Shown here piece by piece: positions 32,597-42,361 of a stretch of 42,361 bases of DNA. The first letter of the stretch is position 1; each line of letters starts with the position of its first letter. The position numbers and the translations under genes are program-made. The notes beneath the pieces were generated by a model, which saw nothing but the letters and a program-made list of their open reading frames with translations, was not told the DNA's origin and did no database searches. This stretch comes from Selaginella moellendorffii (taxonomy: Eukaryota > Plantae > Lycopodiophyta). The stretch spans positions 1-42,361 of the forward strand of contig NW_003314478.1 of the NCBI RefSeq assembly GCF_000143415.4, written 5' to 3'.

Positions 32597-32851
32597 ATGT
32601 GTTTCGGTTTCTCTCAATCCTCTAACAGGCAAAAGCAGAGGCGAAGGCGCCCGTCTGCAGCAACGGGCGCCTTCATGGGGGCTGCCGGCAGTGGTGGCGG
32701 AGCTTGTGCTGGCACTGGCGGCGGAGGAGGCTGTGGTGGCGGTGGTGGTGGTGGTGGTGGTGGCTGCAGAGGAGGCGGTGGTGGTGGCTGCGGAGGAGGC
32801 GGTGGTGGTGGCTGCGGAGGAGGCGGTGGTGGAGGCGGTGGAGGCTGCTAA
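32597..32851 (+). CDS. Small (84 aa) Met-Cys/polybasic/Gly-Cys-rich protein gene 2, unit B (intact)
   Basis: MCFGFSQSSNRQKQRRRRPSAATGAFMGAAGSGGGACAG...(GnC) repeats ending in C; TATA box at ~32543. Confidence 0.7.
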   Translation: MCFGFSQSSNRQKQRRRRPSAATGAFMGAAGSGGGACAGTGGGGGCGGGGGGGGGGCRGGGGGGCGGGGGGGCGGGGGGGGGGC

Positions 32852-33181
32852 ATACTCTGTATGAGAAATAGCCATGCATATGAATGTTTGTAAATATGTG
32901 GTTTTCCAAAACTCGTACAATTTGTTTGTATTGAACTTGTTTGTTTTTCTTACAGCCAAGGATTGAGCTGGCCACGATCTTAGCACTGTTTTGGAACTAG
33001 TAAGTAGAATCTCGTAGAATCTATTCAGCAATTCTATGTACTTCAGGTACTATAGTGATTCAAGTAAAATCCAAAAAAAAGGGAAACATCCACTTACAAT
33101 ACAACGTTTTGAGCGCTCTTCTCTTGTCTTCTCTCGAGTAAAAGCTTTGATTCTTCTAGCTCTCTCTCGCCTCCTGTTTTC

Positions 33182-34418
33182 TTACGATTCGCGTCGGGTT
33201 CTCCTTTGGCGGGCGCCCTCGCCTTCCTTCTCAATCTCGTTGCCAGCCGCGTCGTCCTCCGCCTTGTCCTTGGAATCGTCCGGGCTGGAGATGTCTTCCT
33301 TCTTGGACTTCTCTACAGTCACCTACGCAAGACAAACGACCATGACAGTCCAAAACTCGCGCAGGGTATTGCTAATTGTACCTTCGTCTTCTTGGGGGGC
33401 GATTTCTTGCCACCAAATAGAATCTTAAACAGCGTGACCACCACGACGAGCGGGATCACAGCTATGGCGCTCAAAGAAATGGTTGGGAACTTCTCGGCCT
33501 TCTCCAGAAGATCCTGTCACAACGAAAAGAAAAAGTTAGAAGACGAGACAAAGTTCATGCTCGTGTGTTTTACTTACAAGAATCTTTTCCTTCTGTGACG
33601 CCAAAGCCGGGATGTCGGCAACCTTGCGCAGGTACTCAAACATCTTTGCCTGAAAAGATTCAAGGTCGTCACACACACACACACACACACACAAAAAAAA
33701 GACAGACAAAAGAAGATAAAGGAAAAGTACCTGGATGCCGTCAGGACTCGGAGTCGCTTCTTCAATTTTTTGCTTCTCCTTCTCAGCCTCGTACTTGGGC
33801 TTCCATTTCGTCTCCCTGTACTCTGCTGCCACAGCCTCGTCGGTCGCCACCAGGATGTTGTCAAAAAGAATGCCGTCCTGCATCGTCNNNNNNNNNNNNN
33901 NNNNNNNNNNNNNNNNNNNNNNNNNNNNNNNNNNNNNNNNNNNNNNNNNNNNNNNNNNNNNNNNNNNNNNNNNNNNNNNNNNNNNNNNNNNNNNNNNNNN
34001 NNNNNNNNNNNNNNNNNNNNNNNNNNNNNNNNNNNNNNNNNNNNNNNNNNNNNNNNNNNNNNNNNNNNNNNNNNNNNNNNNNNNNNNNNNNNNNNNNNNN
34101 NNNNNNNNNNNNNNNNNNNNNNNNNNNNNNNNNNNNNNNNNNNNNNNNNNNNNNNNNNNNNNNNNNNNNNNNNNNNNNNNNNNNNNNNNNNNNNNNNNNN
34201 NNNNNNNNNNNNNNNNNNNNNGCGATGGCGGGTACTTGAGGTGATGCTCGATGTGCTTGTCGGATTTAGGGCCTTTGTGCTTGTAGATGACGTGCACCTT
34301 GTTGGTGGTGCCACATCTGTCCAGCCCAAACATGATTGAGTAGGGGGATTCGTTGCCGAAATTGACGGGTGTCCATTGCAGGAGAAAGAACTTGAGATAC
34401 ACTCTAATCCCTTCTGGA
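33182..34418 (-). pseudogene. CNX: Calnexin pseudogene, unit B (5' part missing; spans an N gap)
   Basis: Same exons and introns as unit A; 10-nt deletion after GLEC; truncated at the same 5' point. Confidence 0.85.
33888..34221. other. Assembly gap
   Basis: Run of N. Confidence 1.
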
Positions 34419-34983
34419 ATTATAGAGATTGGGTTTAAACTTTAGTTAAACACCATAAGTATAGAGTTAAATTATGCTTTAAGTTAGTCAACCGTGTTTA
34501 ACTTACCCATTATTCTTATTATACATTTGGAATTCATCAAAAATTCAAAAGCTCAAGGGTGGTTAAGTGGTGAAGAACCTTAAGAGAAGATTAAATTTTG
34601 TATTTTCACACTAAATTATAACATTGGTATTGGAGCCTAATTTAATTCTCATGGCTAACAAATATAAAACGAGAACCAAAGTTGGTAAACCTTAAGAGAA
34701 GTACCATTGGTGACTAAAGGATAGCCTAAATATGATTGTAGATGATCATTCCTAAAGGATTGTTAAGCACCAAATTAATGTAATAGAATAGAAAAAAGGT
34801 TTATAAACAAAACCTCCATTTGTAAAAAAAATGCATGCTTTAGGATTTTACTTTAGTCCCAAAAATTAGTCTTTAAAACAATCATAAAAACTTATTAGAT
34901 TGTAAATTTAGATGCAAGAATAACAAAGTGTATATTTGACAAAATGCCATGTTAAAGTTTAGTATTGTGGAGTTCACTATTGT

Positions 34984-35679
34984 ATGGATACACAGGATCA
35001 AGAGATATGGACTTTGACACGACGATTTTTTGATAAAATGCCATACCAACATCTAGTTTCTTGGAACACCATGCTTGATGCTTATGCCCAAAACGGGTAT
35101 ATGGTAGAAGCAAGGGTCATGTTCAATGCAATGGTGGAGAAGGACGTAATTTCTTGGACTAGAATGCTTGCTGCCTATGGTCTTAGTGGCCAGAGTTCAC
35201 TTGCAAGAAAAACTTTTGCCCAGATGCCAGGGAAGAATGAAGTTTCTTGGGATGCAATGCTCACTGCATGTACCCAAGCAGGGGATTCGGTTTCTGTGTT
35301 TGAGTTGTTTCACACTATGCAGATGGCCGGCATTTACAACCAAGTTGGATTTGTCTCCGCTCTCAATGCTCACGGCCAAGTTGGCAGTGTTAAATGTGCT
35401 AGAAGTTGCTTTGTTTCGATGGCTTTTGATTGTGGCATTCAGCCATGTCACCAGCATTACTCCTGCATAATCGATGGCTTGGCAAGAGCTGGTTACATTG
35501 ACAATGCAAGAGAACTCATTGCAAACATGCCATTTGTTCCCACTTCTTTGGATTGGCTGTGCCTTTTAGCTGCATGTCGGAGCCTCGAGTGTGGAACCTG
35601 CGTATCAAAATGGGTGTCTGGAATTGCGAGCAGCAGAGCTATGTATCGTCTCCTGGCAAATGTATGCGCCTGGCATTGA
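34984..35679 (+). CDS. Short PLS/E PPR protein (231 aa), open frame, probably N-terminally truncated
   Basis: About 3 S-type motifs, then HYSCIIDGLARAG...WLCLLAAC; no obvious transit peptide. Confidence 0.7.
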   Translation: MDTQDQEIWTLTRRFFDKMPYQHLVSWNTMLDAYAQNGYMVEARVMFNAMVEKDVISWTRMLAAYGLSGQSSLARKTFAQMPGKNEVSWDAMLTACTQAGDSVSVFELFHTMQMAGIYNQVGFVSALNAHGQVGSVKCARSCFVSMAFDCGIQPCHQHYSCIIDGLARAGYIDNARELIANMPFVPTSLDWLCLLAACRSLECGTCVSKWVSGIASSRAMYRLLANVCAWH

Positions 35680-37500
35680 CAGAATATAAGGAAAAAAAAA
35701 CTGCTGCCTGGATTATGTTGTCAAATTGCTCAAGAATTTAACTAGAAGTACCAATTGCGTTTCATGCTTGATAAATTCAAATATTGACAAAATGGGAAAA
35801 AAAACAAATCATTTGTCTATATAACACCCAACATTCCCAGGATCTGAGCGTGGACCTCCTGGACCAAATCACCAGGGGCTCTGAGAGATCGCGAGCAACT
35901 TCAATCAGACAGATGCCTTGCAACACCTAGCGATTGAGGTGTGTGGAAAGTGCAGCAGGCGAAAATTGTGTTTGATGATCCGCTGAGGTGTTTGATTCTA
36001 TGCGAATGTTCTCAAAACTCTTCATCGAAAACTATCAAACGACCAATGTTTAATGCCTGACGACGACCATGATAGGTACTAACAAAGCAAATATTCCTTT
36101 GGGTCACGATGCTCACACGAAGCTCTTTGGAGCGATGGAGATGGAACGCGATGCCCTCGTCATGGCAGCGTGGGGCTGCCTTCTTTGCAATCGATACTCC
36201 AGCCGACTCGATCCAACGCCTTGGACTTTTCCAAATCGTGCGGTGCTTCGGTATCCAGCCTAGTCTCGTTGCACCAAACGACGATTAAGTCAATGCAAGT
36301 GCTACGTCCATATCACCCATGTTTTGTATACACTTCCTTACAGATTGGGCTTCACAAGAATCTTAGACAAGCACGTTTGATTCCTCTGACAATGGCACTC
36401 AATGTAGCTCCGACCTCTCAAACTCCTTGAAGGATCGGTCACCAGTGATGTAGAACACAAAGGCGGGAGGGGACGTGTCAAGGATATACATCACTGCTCC
36501 AAGAGGGAGGCAGAGCATGGAGACGTGTACCGCAGCGAGTGCTGCCACTAGCCAAGCGAAACGAAAGCCGTAGCCTGTAAAGTGTCCAGGCCTTCCCGAG
36601 TACTGGGAGCGCCATGGCGAAGACCGAGTCGGAGATACCTTCCCTGCCAAAGAAACAGAAGAACATTAGAGAGCTTTGATTGATCAAAACTGTCACACCT
36701 GTAATCGAATGTCTGGAGAGATGGATCTACAACCGCTGAAACGCCTCCCGTGGAGCATCGAAACCAACTGAAGCCATTCTCCACGACACGGAAAGCATCG
36801 GCCTCTTTCGCCCGGGGACTGCTTGCTCCCCAAGTCGCGGTTGATATCAATCCTAAAAGCATTCACCAGAAACTTAGAGAACACCATCATAACTGCGCTC
36901 TACCTCTTTTTCCCGGCCTGGCGCATCAGGTCTGGGAACTCGAAATCGTAACAAATAGCTCCTCCAATCCGGCCGAGCTCGGTCTTGATGACAGGAAGAA
37001 TGGGATCCCCTGGAGTTCCATACCAATGGAACCAAGTGGGCTTTCCTGTAGCTAAATCCAATGGAGCCATCGGGAAGAACGAGGTCGAAATAGTTCCCGA
37101 CTCTTCCAGTGCTCACGTCCTTGTACTCGTAAGTGATGCCAACGTAGGTGCCGTGCTGGGAAGCGATCTGTCCGGCTTTGAATTGGAGAGAATCCCTCTC
37201 CTGTTTGAGGTCGAGTTTCACCGCAGCCTCGGACCAGAGGACCAATCGATCGCCGGCTCGGAAGTGCTGGCTCGTCCTGTTGAGCATCACATCCATGTCC
37301 TCGTAGAAGAGGAACTTGCCCAGGACGCAAGAGACCAGCACTGTTTTCTTCATCGTGAGGGCGATGTCCTTCTGGAAGAAATCACCCGAGAAAATGGAGA
37401 CCCTGGCGCTGCTGTAGAACAAGATTGAGAAAGCAATGGCCCCAAACGCCAGGGAGTGGCCCACGATGCAGCTGTGTAGCATGCTTCTCGTCGGATTTTT

Positions 37501-38147
37501 CCTTAACGGGCTGTGGCTCACCTGTTAACTTGATTCAACCGTTGGCAGTCGTCAGATTGGCCACAGCCCGTTAACTTGATTCAACCGTTGGCAGCCGTCG
37601 GATTGAGTCAGGTTCTCTGCGAGAATGTGGCTGACAATTGCCAGGTTCTCCAGAACCTAGCTGCCAGCTGCCAGGTTCTGGAGAACTAGGCTACCAGTTG
37701 CCAATTCTAGAGAACCCTCTCATCCTCCAATAACATTATTCCACGTGTCTGTTAACGGTCTCACCACAGCCCGTTAAGGCTGTTCCCGGGTACAGCCACG
37801 GTGACAGTATATTCAAATGAGGACATTGACTATTCCATTGTGTAGACCAGTTATTTTTACCAATCCTTCCATTGTGTAAACCAGCTATTCCATGTGAGGC
37901 ACTAGAACCTAGCTGCCAGTTGCAGGTTCTGGAGAACCAGGCTACCAGTTGCAGGTTCTGGAGAACCAGGCTACCAGTTGCCAATTCTAGAGAACCCTCT
38001 CATCCTCCAATAACATTATTCCACGTGTCCGTTAACGGTCTCGCCACAGCCTGTGTCCGTTAACGGTCTCGCCACAGCCCGTTAAGGCCGTTCCCGGGCA
38101 CAGCCACGGTGACAGTATATTCAAATGAGGACATTGACTATTGACTA
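37501..38147. repeat. Patchwork of inverted and direct repeats at the left junction of the TRIM-derived insertion
   Basis: CCTTAACGGGCTGTGG (37501) is inverted at 37560, 37764 and 38071; duplicated block at ~37652 and ~37904; short TRIM fragments. Confidence 0.75.
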
Positions 38148-38947
38148 CCATGTGAGGCAACTAGTCATCCACTCGTACCGCAGTCCCACGGTGGATACCT
38201 TCGTCCGTGGATACTCCACACAGAAGGACGTACGCATGGATGCCCAATACGTACGATTCCAGACATATGCATGGATGCCCAATACGTATGATTCCATGTG
38301 AGGCAATTAGTCATCCACTCGTACTGCAGTCCCACGGTGGATACCTTCGTCCGTGGATACTCCACACAGAAGGACGTACGCATGGATGCCCAATACATAC
38401 GATTCCATGTGAGGCAACTAGTCATCCACTCGTACCGCAGTCCCACGGTGGATACCTTCGTCCGTGGATACTCCACATAGAAGGACGTATGCATGGATGC
38501 CCAATACGTATGATTTCAAATTTAGGGGTAGGAATATACCTTGCTTAAGGGTATATTATACTTTTAAGTAACCACTAATCAATAGGAATCGAACCCGTGC
38601 CATTTGCCCATAAGCAAGGTATATTATACTTTTAAGTAACCACTAATCAATAGGAATCGAACCCGTGCCATTTGCCCAATACGTACGATTCCATGTGAGG
38701 CAATTAGTCATCCACTCGTACCGCAGTCCCACGGTGGATACCTTCGTCCGTGGATACTCCACACAGAAGGACGTATGCATGGATGCCCAATACGTACGAT
38801 TCCAGACATATGCATGGATGCCCAATACGTACGATTCCATGTGAGGCAATTAGTCATCCACTCGTACCGCAGTCCCACGGTGGATACCTTCGTCCGTGGA
38901 TACTCCACACAGAAGGACGTACGCATGGATGCCCAATACATACGATT
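38148..38947 (-). repeat. Five 111-bp tandem units derived from the TRIM internal region
   Basis: Units start CCATGTGAGGCAA at 38148, 38294, 38405, 38691 and 38837; 35-bp linkers at 38259-38293 and 38802-38836. Confidence 0.92.
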
Positions 38948-39213
38948 TCAAATTTAGGGGTAGGAATATACCTTGCTCAAGGGTATATTATACTTTTAAG
39001 TAACCACTAATCAATAGGAATCGAACCCGTGCCATTTGCTCCGATACCAACTGTAGCGCACCTTATCTCTCTCCCCTTAAGCCAACTAGAAAAGGGGCAA
39101 TTGCTTGATGAGAGAGCCCTTAGTGGCTATTTTATCCCCATTTATCCCCCAAGGTTTCAAGGATCCACGGTGACAGTATATCCAAATCTCATCCCATGAT
39201 TACATGCGCTACA
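38148..39213 (-). mobile_element. Rearranged copy of the same TRIM: single 5' LTR, PBS and tandemly amplified internal region
   Basis: LTR 39052-39213 (162 bp); PBS revcomp 39038-39049; no intact 3' LTR. Confidence 0.9.
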
Positions 39214-39799
39214 ACGGCCCTGTCGTGGAGAATCGCCGAGAACCACACCATGAGGAATGAGATCCCATCGATCCCCCACACGCCGGCGCTCATCACCAGC
39301 GGCAAGATTGTAACCTGGGAAACGGCGGGATGGAGGAAGGAGCCAACGCCGCCGAATCGATTCCACAACAACCACGCCGTGGTCCAGATCGACGCGAATA
39401 CCAGCGGCTGGGACGTTCTTGCTCGGTCAAAACGCTTCCTGTAGCCGATGCTTGCAACAAATGGGAGGAGAAGAAACATCCACAGCGCCAGTGCCCAAAT
39501 TCTTCCCACAATTGGCACGCTGCTGGTGGTGGAGTTGTCCAGGCTCACCTTTCCCAGGAAGAATGCCAGGAACGCCAGGCTTGTGGCAGTGGTGTGGAGG
39601 ATGAGCATCAGGAGAATTGTGAGCGCCCCAGAGCTCCATGAGCAAGAATTGTGCGAAATCCCTGATTTGTGGAAGAAATGCAAGAGGAAAAATGGTTGGA
39701 GCCAAGAACAAATTGCAACAGTTTGGAAACCAAAGAAGAAAGTGCACGCCACCGAGAGAATGGCCAACGGTGCCACCTTCTTCATGTCTCTTGGTGCTT

Positions 39800-42361
39800 G
39801 TTTAATTTATATTCTTATTATATTCATAAAAAATTAAAATATTTATAAGGTGAAAGAAAAATACTATAAATATTTAGGGAATATACTTTAATTTATTTGT
39901 TTTAATTTTTTCACTCATAAAATTCGTTTGTAATCAGTGCTTAATAGTATATCTTAAATATAGACTAAACGTCTAAAGTTAACTGAAATCCCTCAGAGGA
40001 AAAAAAAAATTGTCCTACTTGACTTTCTTGTAATACAAGACTCCTATCCCCTTCCCGATATTTACATCTTCTTTCCCACTTGTATTTTTTGGATTATAAA
40101 ATATTAAAACCATGAAATAATTATATTTGTTTAAGCTGCTACCTAGAGGTCATTAATATTTGATATGGCCAAAGATAACTCACCATCATTTAAAGAAATT
40201 TTTTGATTTTTGGACTACAAATTTTTGAATTTTTGCTTTGTTCCCACCAAGTTGCAAAAGTTATTGAAAACAATCTAAAAAAATGTTATATTCAAACAGG
40301 GCTATTATTCTGATTTACATAAAAGTTTAATATAAAAAGAAAGAACCAATTATACTTTATTTTTCAATTAGTTAAAAATTTTGGGATATTTTGGATTAAA
40401 TATTCTTAGGTTTGAATAATAATGCGTTAGATAACTTCCCAGAAATTAAAATTATATTAGTTGGCTAGGGGAATCACACTATATGTTTAATAAACATCTA
40501 ATAAAAGAGTGGGGTTCTCAGGGGAGTGCTACTTAAAAAAATGATCAAATATAAAAAGAAAAAGTTTATGAATAAGAATGCATATCTTTTTTCAATTAGT
40601 TAAAGATTTTGGGATATTATTGTGAAATATAGAAAGAAAGAGCATATGAATAAAACATTTCATTTTGCAACTGATTAAGGGTATTAGGATATTGAGTGTT
40701 AGGATAACCACTTTTAGCACTAACTTTGATATTTTAAAATATTCTACCATCTAATAATTAAATTCATTTTGTGTTTAAACACTTTTTTAGTATATTCTAC
40801 TTTATTCTACTATTTAATTTGGATTGATCAATTAGGTTAATAAAAATACTAAACAGTGTTACAAACAAATTATTCTTCTCATAATGAGTTTTTATTATTA
40901 TCATTAAATATTATTTAATCTAGGCATGTTCTTACAACAATCTTTATTTTGGGTTGGATTATGAACACTAACATTCATTTTATTCAATCCTGCAAAAGCC
41001 TTTATGAAGCAAGAGAGATTTACTTGAATCTTAAAAGGAATCATCCACTTTCTGATGATTCCTTCCTCAGCAACAAACTCATCCAGATGTTTGGCAAATA
41101 TGGAAGCCCACAAGAGGCACCCCAAATCTTTGATACCATCAAACACAAAGACTCCTTTTCGTGGGCTTTCACTCAAAACTCCCATTCTAAACTCCCATCT
41201 TAAACATGCAAAAGAGATCTTCGACAAAATGCCGCAAAAGGATGTCTTTGCATGGACATCCATGCTCTTGGCATATGCCCGAAATGGGCATCTTGTCAAT
41301 GCCCAAAAAACATTTGATGAGATGCCGCAACACAGCCTTCTCTCATGGAGTGCAATCCTGTCAGTCCACGCACACAGCTGGGATCTAAAATATGCCGAAA
41401 GGATTATCTCCGGGATGCCCGAGTATGATCTCGTGTCTAGGAATTCCATTCTTGCGGCATACGCCCGGAACGGGCATGTAGAGGGAGCGAAACGTGTTTT
41501 CGATTCTATGGAGGCTCGTGACCTTGTGTCATGGACGACAATCTTGGTTGCCTTGTCGCAGGGCGGAGATTTGCACGGAGCAAAGCTTTTGTTTGATGCA
41601 ATGCCGCAGCACGATCTCGTCGCCTGGACCACGATGCTTGGCGCGTACGGACTGAACGAGGATGTCGATTCGGCACAAAGGATTTTCCGCGAGATGCCTG
41701 AGATAGATCTCGTTTCGTGCAAAACCGTGATGCGATGCTGCCGTGATGCTAGACAATCAAAGCTTATATTTGACTCCATGGCGCAGAGAGCTCTCTTGTC
41801 GTGGACAACAATGCTCGCTGTTCTTGCCAAGAACAGCCCCGGGGAGGAAACCAAGAGCTTTTTCTATCAAATGCCGGAGCTTGATCTTACTTCCTGTACG
41901 ATAATGTTGCTCTCACAACCCTCAGACTAGGAGCTTGTGAAGATTTTATCAAATGCCGCAGCTAGACCTGTGCTCTTGGAACTCTATTCTTTCGGCGTAT
42001 GCTCAATCTGGGCATTGTGACTTTGCTTTAAGACTCTTTAACGAGATGCCCGAAATGGATATGGTTTCGTGGAACACAATGTTAAATGCGTTTGTTCTAA
42101 CTAGCAAACTACGTGAAGCTGCTTTACTCTTCACGACGCCAAAGATCTAATCTTAAGCATGCCGTTCGTTCCCAGTGCTCTCGAGTGGACGTGCCTTCTC
42201 GGAGCATGCAAGAGCCACGAGGATTATAACAATCTAATACTGGGAGACGATGTAGTGAGATCTGTAATGGACGTAGCCGACGCAACCCCCAAGACACCCT
42301 ATGCTTTACTAGCAAATGTCTACACAAGCTCCCAAACAAAAAATCAATGATAGCGCGTGGA
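39800..42361 (+). repeat. Tandem segmental duplication unit C (partial)
   Basis: AT-rich spacer plus PPR, collinear with units A and B. Confidence 0.9.
40961..42350 (+). pseudogene. PLS/E PPR pseudogene, unit C
   Basis: Frameshift near 41175-41195; TAG at 41928-41930; ~380-bp internal deletion at ~42130. Confidence 0.9.

Larger units (their letters stand above)
36399..39785 (-). pseudogene. Lnt-like apolipoprotein N-acyltransferase (CN-hydrolase/nitrilase superfamily) gene, unit B, disrupted
   Basis: Multi-TM N-terminus; LVLWSE (Glu), YRKAHLVP (Lys), GGAICYDFEFP (Cys), FRVVENG..RCSTGGVSAVVDP, TLY..FAWL C-terminal TM; two ~50-bp GT-AG introns (~36855-36903, ~36645-36698); 8-nt deletion near 37025; ~1.7 kb insertion at ~37510-39213. 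Confidence 0.85.
29035..39800 (+). repeat. Tandem segmental duplication unit B
   Basis: Collinear with unit A; carries the empty sites for the copia, LINE and LARD. Confidence 0.9.

Noticed and set aside
32952-32975. CAGCCAAGGAT match to the 5' half of miR169 at the LINE target site
   Set aside because: Only 11 nt match and I see no precursor foldback; likely chance.
33669-33693. (CA)n microsatellite, also at ~11699-11713
   Set aside because: Ordinary intronic microsatellite in calnexin.
33536-34402. Long ORFs spanning the N run
   Set aside because: Artefacts of translating through the gap.
38148-38947. CRISPR-like array
   Set aside because: Units are 111 bp, the linkers are identical rather than unique spacers, there are no cas genes, the context is eukaryotic, and the sequence derives from the TRIM interior.
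40904-41854. Long antisense ORFs over the PPR, copia, LINE and calnexin regions
   Set aside because: Shadow frames of real coding sequence with no independent motifs.

Overview
Eukaryotic plant genomic DNA; the short ~50-75 bp introns and 31-aa-motif PPR genes suggest a Selaginella-type lycophyte (inference). The window is a head-to-tail tandem segmental duplication of a ~9 kb cassette: [AT-rich spacer] - PLS/E PPR (+) - divergent pair of small Met-Cys/polybasic/Gly-Cys-rich genes - 5'-truncated calnexin (-) - short PPR-E (+) - intron-containing apolipoprotein N-acyltransferase (Lnt)-like gene (-). Visible units are the tail of unit 0 (1-~250), unit A (~250-29030), unit B (~29035-39800) and the start of unit C (~39800-end). 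Most copies are decaying. Unit A is inflated by an intact, very young Ty1/copia element (identical 150-bp LTRs, non-CA end, Arg-rich upstream ORF) and a 5'-truncated L1/Tx1-like LINE with a 15-bp TSD and no poly(A). It also holds a three-level nest of non-coding LTR elements: LARD X contains LARD Y of the same family, which contains a TRIM. Unit B's Lnt-like gene carries a rearranged copy of the same TRIM with five 111-bp tandem repeats and a patchwork junction. The most interesting leads are the plant Lnt-like enzyme co-amplified with N-terminal-Cys peptides, the Rev-like uORF of the copia, and the TRIM-derived array. There are two N gaps and some low-quality stretches. All alignments were done by eye.
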